Positions 29,245 through 38,875 of a DNA stretch of 50,015 bases are shown piece after piece. The notes under the pieces are model-generated. The model saw only the letters and a list, made by a program, of their open reading frames with translations, was not told the origin of the DNA and searched no databases. Position 1 is the stretch's first letter. Every line of letters begins with the position of its first letter. The DNA is taken from NCBI GenBank assembly GCA_003221005.1, contig QHTZ01000080.1, positions 1-50,015 of the forward strand. Direction: 5' to 3'. The translations under genes and the position numbers were made by a program. The DNA comes from Gemmatimonadota bacterium (GTDB lineage: Bacteria; Gemmatimonadota; Gemmatimonadetes; Gemmatimonadales; GWC2-71-9).

Positions 29245-31019
29245 GCCCGCTCGCACGGTGGCGGACCGCCGCCTTCGCAGGTGGCGCGGTCTCGGCCATC
29301 CTCACCCTCGCCGCCGCGCACGCGGCGGCAACGCGCGCCGCGCGCACGTTCGCCGAGCGGAGTGCCGTGACGGTCGCGGGCTACCTCGCGCTGGTTACGC
29401 CGGTCGCGAAGGGCCGATCGGGCTACGACCTCCCGCAGCTCCTGATTCAGGCGCGCGCCCTCGTCACGCTTCCCGGATGGACTCCGCAGGTAGAGGTCTA
29501 CCATGGTACGGCGCCCCTCGTGCACGGGACCGCCGCGCCGCTCACGCCTGCGGACGTCGAGCGGCTGCGCCGCGACGAAGCGATCGCGTGGGTGCGGGGC
29601 GCGGCCGTGGCGCCACTCTTCGACCCGGACGGTTGGGGTGTCGTAGGCGCAGTGAGCGTGCGTGCTCCGCACCTCGGACCCCGCTGGTTCGGATGGTGGG
29701 GGCTCGCGGTGCTCGCTCTCGCTCTCGCGCTCGCCGGAGCGGCTGCGCGCGCCATTGGCGTCGAGTCGAGCGCGCCGGCCAAGGCGTTCCTACGTTATCG
29801 GGCCGCCGCGCTGCTCCTCGGCATTGCCGCCTATGCCGACGCCCGCGTCGCCGCCCGGCGCGCGATCGATCGCTGGCTCACGGATACTCGCGCACTCGTG
29901 CAGGAGGCGGCCGCTACCCCGGAGCGGCCCGCCCTTGCGGACCTGGCGGGACTGCTCGGGCGCGGCGAGCTCGTGCCCGGAGACAGCGGTAGTGCGGCGC
30001 CCCGGCGCCGCTCGGTAGGGGGCGTCTTCCTGGCCAGCGTCCCAGTGCGGCTGGGACCGGGTCGGTGGGCCGAGCTGCGGGTGCCGGTAGGCGATGCGTC
30101 CGGCTATGCACTCTTGTTCGGTACGCTCGGCCTGGCGCTGTTGGGCCCGGCCTTGGTGTGGATCGCCGCCTGGGGCCAGCGTGCGACCCGCAAGCCGCGG
30201 TACCTGCGGGAGACCGTCGCGGCCTGGGCGTTCGTCGCGCCCGCGCTGTGTCATATGGCGGTCTTCTCGGCCGCGCCACTGTTGCTCGCCTTGTACGCGT
30301 CGGTTCACCGCTGGGACGTTGCCGATCCAGGGACTCCGTTCATCGGCCTCGCTAACTTCACGCGCCTGGTACGCGATCCACTAGCCTGGATCTCGCTCCG
30401 CAATACGGCGTGCTACGCGCTGTACGTGCCGGTGACGATGGCGCTCGCTTTGGCGACGGCACTCGCGCTGCCGCGCCGCGCTTGGAGCGGGGGGGCGATA
30501 CGCGGGCTGCTCCTGTTGCCCTACGTCTGCTCGGGCGTCGCGGTGGCGCTCGTGTGGGAGTGGTGGTGCGAACCGTACCACTGGCTCGGGAGGCCCGGCA
30601 CGGCCCTGCCCGCCCTGATGGCGGCAGCGGTGGCGGTGCAGCTGGGATATCAGGTGACGCTGTTCCACGCGGGGCTCGAGGCGATTCCCTCCGTGTACGC
30701 CGATGCCGCGCGGGTAGATGGAGCGGGCGCGTGGCGGCGGTTCTGGCGCATCACCTTTCCGCTGCTTGAGCCCGTGACGCGTTTCGTCTTTCTCACGGGT
30801 GTGGTGGGCGCGTTCCAGGTCTTCACCTACGTCTACGTGCTGACCGAGGGGGGACCGCTCCACCACACGGACACGCTCGCGTACCGCGCCTACCAGGTCG
30901 GATGGGAGCGGTTGGAATTCGGCTACGCCGCGGCGATCACCGTCTGCCTCTGCCTCGTGCTGCTCGTGGTGACGCGCGCACAGGTGAGGCAGCTGGCACG
31001 GGAGGTCGGGCGTGCGTGA
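29241..31019 (+). CDS. Sugar ABC permease (MalF-like) with long N-terminal membrane/periplasmic extension
   Basis: C-terminal FIGLANF, ISLRNT, EAA-loop variant YADAARVDGAGAWRRFWRITFPLL; ~320 extra N-terminal residues; GTG start overlaps the upstream stop. Confidence 0.85.
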   Translation: MSPLARWRTAAFAGGAVSAILTLAAAHAAATRAARTFAERSAVTVAGYLALVTPVAKGRSGYDLPQLLIQARALVTLPGWTPQVEVYHGTAPLVHGTAAPLTPADVERLRRDEAIAWVRGAAVAPLFDPDGWGVVGAVSVRAPHLGPRWFGWWGLAVLALALALAGAAARAIGVESSAPAKAFLRYRAAALLLGIAAYADARVAARRAIDRWLTDTRALVQEAAATPERPALADLAGLLGRGELVPGDSGSAAPRRRSVGGVFLASVPVRLGPGRWAELRVPVGDASGYALLFGTLGLALLGPALVWIAAWGQRATRKPRYLRETVAAWAFVAPALCHMAVFSAAPLLLALYASVHRWDVADPGTPFIGLANFTRLVRDPLAWISLRNTACYALYVPVTMALALATALALPRRAWSGGAIRGLLLLPYVCSGVAVALVWEWWCEPYHWLGRPGTALPALMAAAVAVQLGYQVTLFHAGLEAIPSVYADAARVDGAGAWRRFWRITFPLLEPVTRFVFLTGVVGAFQVFTYVYVLTEGGPLHHTDTLAYRAYQVGWERLEFGYAAAITVCLCLVLLVVTRAQVRQLAREVGRA

Positions 31020-31710
31020 CGGGATCGCGGCGCTCACGGAGCTGCCAGTCGCCCGCTTCTACCTCAACACGCTGGTGTTCGTGGGATGCTCGGTGCTGGC
31101 GCAGCTCTGCACTTGCACGACCGCCGCCTACGCCTTCGCCCGCCTGCGCTTCCCGGGGCGGGACCGCGTGTTCGCCGCGGTGCTCGCCCTCCTGACAGTT
31201 CCCACGATCGTGCTGCTCGTGCCGCGCTTCCTCATGATCGACGCGCTCGGGTGGGTGGACACGTACGCGGGCCTCCTCTCAACCGAGCTCGTCTCCGTGT
31301 GGGGGATCGTGCTGCTGCGGCAGTTTTTTCTTGGGCTGCCGCGCGATCTCGAAGACGCCGCCCGGCTCGATGGAGCGGGCGAGTGGACGATATTCTGGCG
31401 GGTCGCGCTGCCGCTGTCCCGGCCGGCGCTCGCGACGTTCGCGGTCCTCGTCTTCGCGGAGCAGTGGCGCAGCTTCCTGTGGCCGCTTGTCATCATGCGC
31501 TCGCCTGAGCGGCAGGTCGTGGAGGTGGGCCTGGCCCAGTTACACGACGTGTACCATGGCAACTGGCCGTTCGAGATGGCGGTGGCAGCGGCGGCGGCGC
31601 TGCCGATGCTCGTCCTGTACGCCGTTACGCAGAAATGGGTCATTCAAGGGATTCAGTGGACAGGGGTGAGCTGGACAGGAGAAGCAAAAGCTAGACGCAC
31701 AGACGCATAG
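31012..31710 (+). CDS. Sugar ABC permease (MalG-like), short N-terminus
   Basis: AAYAFARLRFPGRD, LRQFFLGLPRDLEDAARLDGAG, FLWPL. Confidence 0.9.
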   Translation: MRDGIAALTELPVARFYLNTLVFVGCSVLAQLCTCTTAAYAFARLRFPGRDRVFAAVLALLTVPTIVLLVPRFLMIDALGWVDTYAGLLSTELVSVWGIVLLRQFFLGLPRDLEDAARLDGAGEWTIFWRVALPLSRPALATFAVLVFAEQWRSFLWPLVIMRSPERQVVEVGLAQLHDVYHGNWPFEMAVAAAAALPMLVLYAVTQKWVIQGIQWTGVSWTGEAKARRTDA

Positions 31711-31784
31711 CGGATAACAGGCCTTAGGTGAGAGGACGGCCTACTCACTGACGACTGTTCACCGCTGCGCGTCTATCCGTCTAG
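31691..31784. repeat. 30-bp imperfect inverted repeat between convergent genes (bidirectional terminator / REP-like)
   Basis: CTAGACGCACAGACGCATAGCGGATAACAG (31691-31720) against the reverse complement of 31755-31784: 6 mismatches. The arms contain both stop codons. Confidence 0.65.
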
Positions 31785-34543
31785 TTCTTGCCTTTCCGCG
31801 CAGTTGCCGATTGCCGGAAGCGCAACTCCCACTCGATGTCCTTCCCCTCACCACCAGCCCACGTCAGCACCGCGTGGCCAGACTCGAGCCGCGTCACCGT
31901 GCATGGAGCGCTCGCCTTGCACGTCGCGGGTCGCATTCCCTTGGGCGCTGCGATCGTGACCGCGTAAGGGCGGCTGTCGAGGTTGGTGGAGCGGCCTTGC
32001 AGCGTCCGCGTAGCGGTGTTCCAGGTCTCCGACGCGACGTCCACCGCGCCCTGCACGACGTGGCGCGTGGTGCCGATCACCTGCGGCCGCGTAGCCGCGG
32101 GCCGGATCGCAATCGTCAGGGAGGCGTGCGGGTCGAGCTTCGCGCTCACCATGTCTGTCAGATCGGCGAGCGGCGTATCCCGCCACACGTCGTATGCGTT
32201 GAAGCGCTTGCCGCTGATTCCGAGCTTCACGAGCGGCGCCGCGACCAGCCCTGGCTCGTCCTCCCAGTTGGCGAGTACCACGGTCCACCACGCAGGTGCT
32301 CCCTCCGCGAGCCAGATGTTGGCGGGCCGGTCGCGCCGTGTGCTCCACAGGCCGCCGCCGCCGTAGGTGCGCACCGCGAGTATGTTCTCGCCTCCCCAGT
32401 TGAGCGCGTCGTGCGGCACGGCGTAGCGACGGAACGCTTCCCGCTCGCCGCGGTGGCGCGGTGGAAAGGCACCGGTCTGCCCGACCTTCACGCCATTCAC
32501 GAATGTCTCGTCGACGTCGTCGATCTTCCCCAACTCCAGGCGTGCAGTCCGTCCGTCTGCCTGTCCGGCCGACCGCCCGGGCGGGGTGCCGGGCAAGGAG
32601 AAGCGCGTCCGGTACCACGCATATCCCTCGTAGCCGGGATGTCCCGCCCGCTCCCAGGACTCGGGGACCGGGAGCGTCTCCCACGCCGTCTCGTCGTAGT
32701 TCCGAGCGGCGTACGCCGGGTCGTCGCCGGTGCGGAACCTCCAGGGCCCCCGCATCCGATATGACTCGTCTCCCGCGACGAGCGCGGGTGCCACGTCAGG
32801 CTCGGCGCTCACCGCCCCGATGGGCCGGCCCACGGCCGCTGCCACAGGGAGCGCGCGTTGCAGCAGCGGCAGCCGTTCGGGCGGCAGCTTCGGAAGATTG
32901 TCAGAGAGCATCGTCATTTCGCCCGAGACGGCCACGATCGACGCCCACAGCTCCGCTTCGGATGGCGACAGCGGCGCACGGACGACGAGGCAGTCGGGAT
33001 CATTGAGCCAGGCCCCGCGGTGGTAGAAGCTGCGCAGCGCTGCCACCCGTGCCGGCGTCTGGATGCCGCTCCAGCTCGCATCGACGTCGGGACCCACGCG
33101 CATCCCGTTCACGAGTCCGGTGGCATGCTGCAGCGGCGCGCCGCAGCCCAGCAGGAACGTCTCCGTGCCCGCGCCGTCCCGCAGCGCGCCCAGTCCCATG
33201 CGATATGCCTCGGCATGCGTAAGGCCGCCGTAATGCGAGCTGTCTCCCGTCGCCCAGAACAAGAAGTCGAGCTTCAGGTAGTCGTAACCCCACTCTTGCA
33301 CCGCCCGGCGCGCGAGATCGAAGAGCCACTGCCGTGCCGCCGGGTGGGCACCATCGAGCGCGTAGGCGCGACCGCCCCAGTCCTCGCGTGCGTCCCAAAC
33401 GATCGGCGCATTCCCATCGGCGCCTTTTAGGAGCCAGTCCGGATGCGCCGCGGGAATGCCCGACCGTTCGGTGACCGCGAAGGGCGCAAGCCACAGCCCG
33501 GCCTGGAACCCCCGGCCGTGGATCTGGTCGGTGAGCCAGCGGTGGCCGTGCGGGAACTTGTCGTTCGTCATCCAGTCACCCGCTGACCGCTGGTAGCCGT
33601 CGTCCAGCTGGATGTAGCGAAGGAAGCGGCGGTCGAAGCGGCCGGCGCAGAACTCCGCGTTGGCGATGACGTCCGTTTCGGTGACGCCCCCCCGCAGCTC
33701 ATGCCACGAGCACCAGCCGGCGGGCGCCGGGACGGTGGCCAGCCGCTCGCGGTCCACCGGTGACGCGGGAACGAACAGAGCGCGCAGGGCGTCGAGGCCG
33801 TCGCCGCTTGGCTGGTAGCACAGCTTGAGCCACGACGTGTCGCCCTCGGGGCGGAGCGGGCGCCCGGGCGCCCACTCGCTCGTCGCCTCCAGCCCTTCCT
33901 TGGAGATCCGCACCTTCCCCTCGCCGGGCCCGCCCGCCTCGAATCCCAGCCCGAGGCCGCGAGCCGCGCGCGTGAGACCCAGGGCGCCGTAGCTCACGAG
34001 CTCGGGGCCGTCGGGATGCAATGGCAGGGCCACGATGCGGCTTCCGCTCCTTGAATCGTATCCGTTCACCAGGGCGAGGAGCGGAGCACCGCCGGGCATC
34101 ACGTCGTCCGCGGGCACGTCGAAGAAGCGAACGCCCCGCACGCTGGGCAGCTCGCGATCAGGATAGACGCTGACGCCGATCGCCGCCTGGGGTGTCGCGG
34201 CTGCGGTCGTGGCGAACAGCTCGGCCTCGAGGACGACCCCGGCCGCGTGCCCGCGCACAATCACGGATTCGCCACCGGGCGGGCGCCGGTTCCCCACGGT
34301 GCTATATTCCAGATCGGCGAGGGTGACGAGGCGATCGGCGATCCGGGCGCCGAGTGTGACAGTCTGGAAGAGCGGAACGGGTTGCTCCTCCCCGAGGTAC
34401 CAGAGCGACCAGCGCCGCCGGTCGTCGAGCTCGAACCGCAAGCGGCCGACCGACCTGCCACCCCACCGTGCGGCCGCCCGGGGAGGGCGGAGCAGGGCAG
34501 TGGAGGCGGCCCCTGTCAGGAGGATGAACGTGCGGCGATTCAT
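31781..34543 (-). CDS. Tat-exported alpha-galactosidase-like glycoside hydrolase (GH36/clan D) with inserted galactose-binding-like domain
   Basis: MNRRTFIL Tat signal; GWCSW, IQLDDGYQ, KFPHG, GLWLAPF, YLKLDFL, LLGCGAP, MRVGPD, NDPDCL; insert WRFRTGDD...GYAWYRTRF...LGKIDDVDETFVNG. Confidence 0.9.
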   Translation of the reverse strand: MNRRTFILLTGAASTALLRPPRAAARWGGRSVGRLRFELDDRRRWSLWYLGEEQPVPLFQTVTLGARIADRLVTLADLEYSTVGNRRPPGGESVIVRGHAAGVVLEAELFATTAAATPQAAIGVSVYPDRELPSVRGVRFFDVPADDVMPGGAPLLALVNGYDSRSGSRIVALPLHPDGPELVSYGALGLTRAARGLGLGFEAGGPGEGKVRISKEGLEATSEWAPGRPLRPEGDTSWLKLCYQPSGDGLDALRALFVPASPVDRERLATVPAPAGWCSWHELRGGVTETDVIANAEFCAGRFDRRFLRYIQLDDGYQRSAGDWMTNDKFPHGHRWLTDQIHGRGFQAGLWLAPFAVTERSGIPAAHPDWLLKGADGNAPIVWDAREDWGGRAYALDGAHPAARQWLFDLARRAVQEWGYDYLKLDFLFWATGDSSHYGGLTHAEAYRMGLGALRDGAGTETFLLGCGAPLQHATGLVNGMRVGPDVDASWSGIQTPARVAALRSFYHRGAWLNDPDCLVVRAPLSPSEAELWASIVAVSGEMTMLSDNLPKLPPERLPLLQRALPVAAAVGRPIGAVSAEPDVAPALVAGDESYRMRGPWRFRTGDDPAYAARNYDETAWETLPVPESWERAGHPGYEGYAWYRTRFSLPGTPPGRSAGQADGRTARLELGKIDDVDETFVNGVKVGQTGAFPPRHRGEREAFRRYAVPHDALNWGGENILAVRTYGGGGLWSTRRDRPANIWLAEGAPAWWTVVLANWEDEPGLVAAPLVKLGISGKRFNAYDVWRDTPLADLTDMVSAKLDPHASLTIAIRPAATRPQVIGTTRHVVQGAVDVASETWNTATRTLQGRSTNLDSRPYAVTIAAPKGMRPATCKASAPCTVTRLESGHAVLTWAGGEGKDIEWELRFRQSATARKGKN

Positions 34544-35087
34544 CGCCTCAATGTTGGTAGTGGCTGCGATTTTGTCCACGCGACTCGCGGCCCAGTCGTA
34601 CGCGACGCTCGGCTTCGTCGGTACGCTGGGTGGCGGCTGGCAGGTCGAGGTCGGCGAGTTCGGCTACATGCACGGGATCCACGTCGGACCGCTGCGGTCG
34701 CTGATGATCGGCGCGCGGCTGGGCTCCTTCATCGACGAAGGCGCGATCGTCGGCGGGACGCGTGGGTTTGTCGGCGGCGGCGTGCTCTCCACGCGCACGG
34801 GGATCGCCAGTCTGGCGGATGTCGGAAACGAGACCAACCCGGCCGCCCTCGGCCTCGACCTCACGATCGAAGTGGCGGGGTACGCGGGCACGAAATCGCC
34901 GCTCCCGCAGGGCTCCCCGTGGGCAGCGGCGTCGGTGCTTCCCGGCCTGCGGGTCGGCGGTGGCGACGGCCTGCGCTACGGCCTTGTTGTCGGGCCGACC
35001 GTGTTTTTCGGAAACCCGACGGACGTGCGCGCGTTGCTCGCCCTCCGCTTCGAGCTGCCGCTGGCGCGCGGGAAGCACCATCCCTAG
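34524..35087 (+). CDS. Hypothetical exported / small outer-membrane beta-strand protein
   Basis: Signal peptide MNVRRFIASMLVVAAILSTRLAA-Q; alternating amphipathic strands; ends LALRFELP. Alternative start at 34551. Confidence 0.6.
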   Translation: MNVRRFIASMLVVAAILSTRLAAQSYATLGFVGTLGGGWQVEVGEFGYMHGIHVGPLRSLMIGARLGSFIDEGAIVGGTRGFVGGGVLSTRTGIASLADVGNETNPAALGLDLTIEVAGYAGTKSPLPQGSPWAAASVLPGLRVGGGDGLRYGLVVGPTVFFGNPTDVRALLALRFELPLARGKHHP

Positions 35088-35098
35088 CTTAGCGGCCG

Positions 35099-36658
35099 AT
35101 GGCCGCTCCCCGCCTCGATTCTGACCATCCCGGGCTGCGGATCCTCGCGGAAGTCACGTCCATCTTCACGGCGGGCTTCGCGTCCGAGGAAGCGCTCACC
35201 CAGGTCGTCGCGACGTTGCGCCGCGAGCTCGCGCTGCGGCGCTGTCGGCTGTGGCTGCGCGATTCGGCCGGGGTCGGCTACGCTCCTCTGACGACGCCCG
35301 GCGACGAAGCGGCGCTGCCGGTGTTCGCGGCGCCGGTCGCCGAATGGATCGAGCAGGGCGTCCGCTCCGAGCGCGCCCCCTCCGGCATGCTGCTGCTGCG
35401 TCTCCCGCTGGTGCACGAAGGAGAGCGGCTCGGGCTGGTGGAGGCCCTGATCCCCGAAGGACGCTTCCAAGGCATGGCGCACGACGTGCTGGTCGTCGTC
35501 GCGCAGCTGCTCGCCCCGGTCATCGCCGCCACCGAGCTGTCCCAGGATCTCGCGTCCGAGGTCGCACTGCGGACGCGCGAGGTCGAGGCGCAGCGCGGCT
35601 TCGCGGCACAGATCATCGATTCACTTCCGGTGGGGCTGTACGTGATCGATCGCGCCTATCGCATCCGCGCCTGGAACCGCAAGCGGGAGGCGGGGACGCA
35701 GGGCGTGGCGCGGGACGACGCCGTGGGGCGCGAGGTCTTCGACGTACTCGACCGCCAGCCGCGCGACCTCCTGAAGCGGGAATTCGACCGCGTATTCGAC
35801 ACGGGCGAGATCCAGCAGATGGAGATGGACTCGCGAGCGAGCGGAGACACCCGCTACTACCGCATCACCAAGATTCCGATGCGGCAGGACGGCGCCGACA
35901 TTACGCACGTCATCACCATCGGCGAAGACATCACCGAATGGCGCGAGGCGCAGCAGCGGCTCGCCGAAACCGAGAAACTGGCGGCAGTAGGGCAGCTCGC
36001 CGCCGGTGTGATGCACGAAATCAACAATCCGCTCGCGACCATCCTCGCATGCAGCGAGGCGCTCGCGCTCCGGAACGAAGACCTGGCGCCCGGCGTGCGC
36101 CACGCCTTCGAGGAGTACCTCAAGATCATCGACAGCGAGGTCCAGCGGTGCCGGCGCATCGTGGATGGGCTGCTCGACTTCTCGCGTCCCAAGGCCCGCG
36201 ACAAACGACCGGTGGACGTGAACGGCCTGGTGGAGCAGACCTTGTTCCTCCTCAAGCACCACGCCCGCTTCAAGAATCTGAACGTGGTGCGCGAGCTCGC
36301 CCCGGGGCTGCCGCAGCCGCGGGCAGACGCGGAGCGGCTGATCCAGAGCTTCATGGCCCTGATGCTGAACGCGATGGACGCGATGGATTCGCGTGGCGTC
36401 CTCACCGTGCGCAGCCGGCTCAATCCCGACCGCCGGGACGAGCTGCTGATCGAGTTCATCGACACCGGCGTCGGGATCAAGGAAGACGATCTCCCGAAGA
36501 TCTTCGAGCCGTTCTTCACGACCAAGGCGCCCGGGCGCGGGACCGGCCTCGGGCTCTCCATCTGCTACGCCATCATCGCCGAGCACCGGGGACGCATCGA
36601 GGTGGAGTCGCAGGTGGGCGTCGGCTCGAACTTTAAGGTGTATCTCCCCCTGGGATGA
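35099..36658 (+). CDS. Cytoplasmic GAF-like/PAS sensor histidine kinase (NtrB-like)
   Basis: PAS ([13 protein letters not shown]), H-box [11 protein letters not shown] box [28 protein letters not shown]. Confidence 0.93.
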   Translation: MAAPRLDSDHPGLRILAEVTSIFTAGFASEEALTQVVATLRRELALRRCRLWLRDSAGVGYAPLTTPGDEAALPVFAAPVAEWIEQGVRSERAPSGMLLLRLPLVHEGERLGLVEALIPEGRFQGMAHDVLVVVAQLLAPVIAATELSQDLASEVALRTREVEAQRGFAAQIIDSLPVGLYVIDRAYRIRAWNRKREAGTQGVARDDAVGREVFDVLDRQPRDLLKREFDRVFDTGEIQQMEMDSRASGDTRYYRITKIPMRQDGADITHVITIGEDITEWREAQQRLAETEKLAAVGQLAAGVMHEINNPLATILACSEALALRNEDLAPGVRHAFEEYLKIIDSEVQRCRRIVDGLLDFSRPKARDKRPVDVNGLVEQTLFLLKHHARFKNLNVVRELAPGLPQPRADAERLIQSFMALMLNAMDAMDSRGVLTVRSRLNPDRRDELLIEFIDTGVGIKEDDLPKIFEPFFTTKAPGRGTGLGLSICYAIIAEHRGRIEVESQVGVGSNFKVYLPLG

Positions 36659-37323
36659 AAGTGCTCGTCGTCGAAGACGACGCCACCGTAGGACAGTACG
36701 TCAAGCGCGGTCTCGAGGAGGCGGGGTATCAGGCCCATCTGGTCGGCGACGGCGCCGAGGGCCTGCGCCTCGCGAGCGGCGGACCGTACGATCTGGTGGT
36801 GCTCGATCTGCGACTCCCGGTCGTGCCGGGCGTCGAGCTGCTGCGGGCGCTGCGCGATCGGGGGAGCAGCGTGCCGGTGCTCGTGCTGACGGCGCAGGAC
36901 ACGGTGGACTTCAAGGTGCAGGCGTTGCGCTCGGGTGCGGACGACTACGTGACCAAGCCCTTCTCGCTGGAGGAGCTGCTCGCCCGAGTCGAAGCGCTGG
37001 GCCGGCGGCCCAAGGCCATCGCTCCTCCGGTCCTCCAGGTCGCGGACCTGACGCTCGACACCGGCAGCCGGGAGGTGCGGCGGGCGGGCAGGGTGATCGA
37101 CCTGACGCCGAAGGAATACGCGGTCCTCGAGTACCTCTTGCGCCACCAGGGGCGGGTGATGCCCCGGACGCTGATCACGGAATATGCCTGGGACTACCAT
37201 TTCGATCCGGGTACGAACATCGTGGACGTGGTGATCACGCGGCTGCGGAAGAAGATCGATCACGGGCACGAGCCGAAGCTGATTCACACGGTACGCGGCG
37301 TGGGGTACGTCGCGCGGGCGTGA
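36655..37323 (+). CDS. OmpR-family response regulator (CusR/CzcR-like)
   Basis: VLVVEDD, LVVLDLRLP, GADDYVTKPF, winged helix LTPKEY...TNIVDVVITRLRKKID...TVRGVGY. Confidence 0.95.
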   Translation: MKVLVVEDDATVGQYVKRGLEEAGYQAHLVGDGAEGLRLASGGPYDLVVLDLRLPVVPGVELLRALRDRGSSVPVLVLTAQDTVDFKVQALRSGADDYVTKPFSLEELLARVEALGRRPKAIAPPVLQVADLTLDTGSREVRRAGRVIDLTPKEYAVLEYLLRHQGRVMPRTLITEYAWDYHFDPGTNIVDVVITRLRKKIDHGHEPKLIHTVRGVGYVARA

Positions 37324-37324
37324 C

Positions 37325-38788
37325 GTGCAGACCATCCGCGCACGGCTCACGGCCTGGTACTCGACGGCGCTCACCCTCACCCTCGCCGCCTTCGCCGCCG
37401 TGCTCTACTTCGCCCGCCGCAGCACCTCCTACCAGGACCTCGACCAGCGCATTCGCTCCGAGGCGGAGCTCACGGCCGGGATCCTGGTCGAGACCTACCG
37501 CGCCCGCGGCGTCCTGGTACAGACCGACACCGCTCGCCGACTGGTGCTGGTCCCAGAGGTGGCGGCGCTGCTCGAGGTGGTGCCCGACTACCTCATCGTG
37601 ACGGCCCCGGACGACAGCCTGTTGTTCGCATCCGCCGATGCGCGGGCGCTCACCTTTCAGGACGTGGAGCAGTTGCGGCAGCTCGTCGCCACGGCGCGCG
37701 GCGGGCCTTCGGCGGGCGTGGTGCGCCTCGGCGCGAGCGGGCCGAGGCTCCACTACGCCGTGCGCTACGTCGGGGAGATCGGGGGACCCTCGGTCGCCAT
37801 CCTCGCCGGCGCCGACGTCCAGTCGGCAGAGCTCGGGCCGCAGCAGCTGCTCGACACGTTCGCATTGATCCTGCCCATCGGGCTCCTCGCTGCCCTGCTC
37901 GTCGGGTCCTGGATCGCCCGCGGGGCGCTCGCTCCCGTCGATCAAATCATCACCGAGGTCCGGGAGATCACGGACGGCCGCAGCCTGCACCGCCGCCTCG
38001 CCGAGCCGATGGTGAAGGACGAGCTGGGCCGCCTTGCCGCGACGTTGAACCAGATGATGACCCGCCTCGAGCGGAGCTTCAGCGCGTTGCGCCGCTTCAC
38101 GGCCGACGCGAGTCACGAGCTCAAGACACCACTCACCGTGTTGCGGGCCGGCGTCGAGCGCGCCATCACCGCGCCGCACCTGCCGCCGGAGACTCTCGCC
38201 ACGCTGGAGGAGACTCTCCAGGAAATCAACCGCATGACCGAGCTGGTGGATGCGCTGCTCACGCTGGCCCGTGCGGACGAGGGGATCGCCCCGCTGCACC
38301 GGGAGCCGATCGACCTGCGGGCGCTGCTGGAGGACACGCGGGAGACGGGTGAGCTGCTGGCGGAGCAGGCGGGCGTGCACGTCGAGGTCACCACGCCTCC
38401 CGAGCCCGTGATTCTCGAGGTGGACGGGCAGCGCTTCCGGCAGCTGGTGCTCAACCTGCTGACGAACGCGGTCAAGTACACGCCGCGGGGCGGCAGCGTC
38501 CACGTGCAGCTCGGCGAGAACGACGGTCGCGTCACGCTCACGGTCGCCGACACGGGGATCGGGATCGCGCTCGGCGATCTGCCGCACATCTTCGACCGCT
38601 TCTGGCGCGCCGACTCGGCGCGCACGCGCACCGGCGAGCGGCCGGGCGCCGGTCTCGGCCTGGCCATCTGCAAGTGGATCGCCGAGGCGCACGGCGGCCA
38701 GATCGAGGTGGCGAGCCGGGCCGGGCGTGGGACCATGTTCACCGTGACGCTGCCCCGCACTGGGGCGCCGACGCAGCAGACGGGGTAG
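37325..38788 (+). CDS. Membrane HAMP sensor histidine kinase (CusS/CzcS-like)
   Basis: Two TM segments, HAMP (DELGRLAATLNQM), FTADASHELKTPL, NLLTNAVKYT, GAGLGLAI. Confidence 0.93.
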   Translation: MQTIRARLTAWYSTALTLTLAAFAAVLYFARRSTSYQDLDQRIRSEAELTAGILVETYRARGVLVQTDTARRLVLVPEVAALLEVVPDYLIVTAPDDSLLFASADARALTFQDVEQLRQLVATARGGPSAGVVRLGASGPRLHYAVRYVGEIGGPSVAILAGADVQSAELGPQQLLDTFALILPIGLLAALLVGSWIARGALAPVDQIITEVREITDGRSLHRRLAEPMVKDELGRLAATLNQMMTRLERSFSALRRFTADASHELKTPLTVLRAGVERAITAPHLPPETLATLEETLQEINRMTELVDALLTLARADEGIAPLHREPIDLRALLEDTRETGELLAEQAGVHVEVTTPPEPVILEVDGQRFRQLVLNLLTNAVKYTPRGGSVHVQLGENDGRVTLTVADTGIGIALGDLPHIFDRFWRADSARTRTGERPGAGLGLAICKWIAEAHGGQIEVASRAGRGTMFTVTLPRTGAPTQQTG

Positions 38789-38806
38789 CTGTCATCGTTT
38801 TGTAAT
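38789..38806 (+). promoter_or_regulatory. Pho-box-like tandem direct repeat (OmpR/PhoB-family site) upstream of tonB
   Basis: CTGTCAT-CGTT-TTGTAAT, two heptamers with an 11-bp period. Confidence 0.5.
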
Positions 38807-38875
38807 GCGCGCTCCACTAGCGCGCCGCGTAAAAACGGGAGTATTTGATACGCAGGGTGAGCAGGAGGGCAGATC

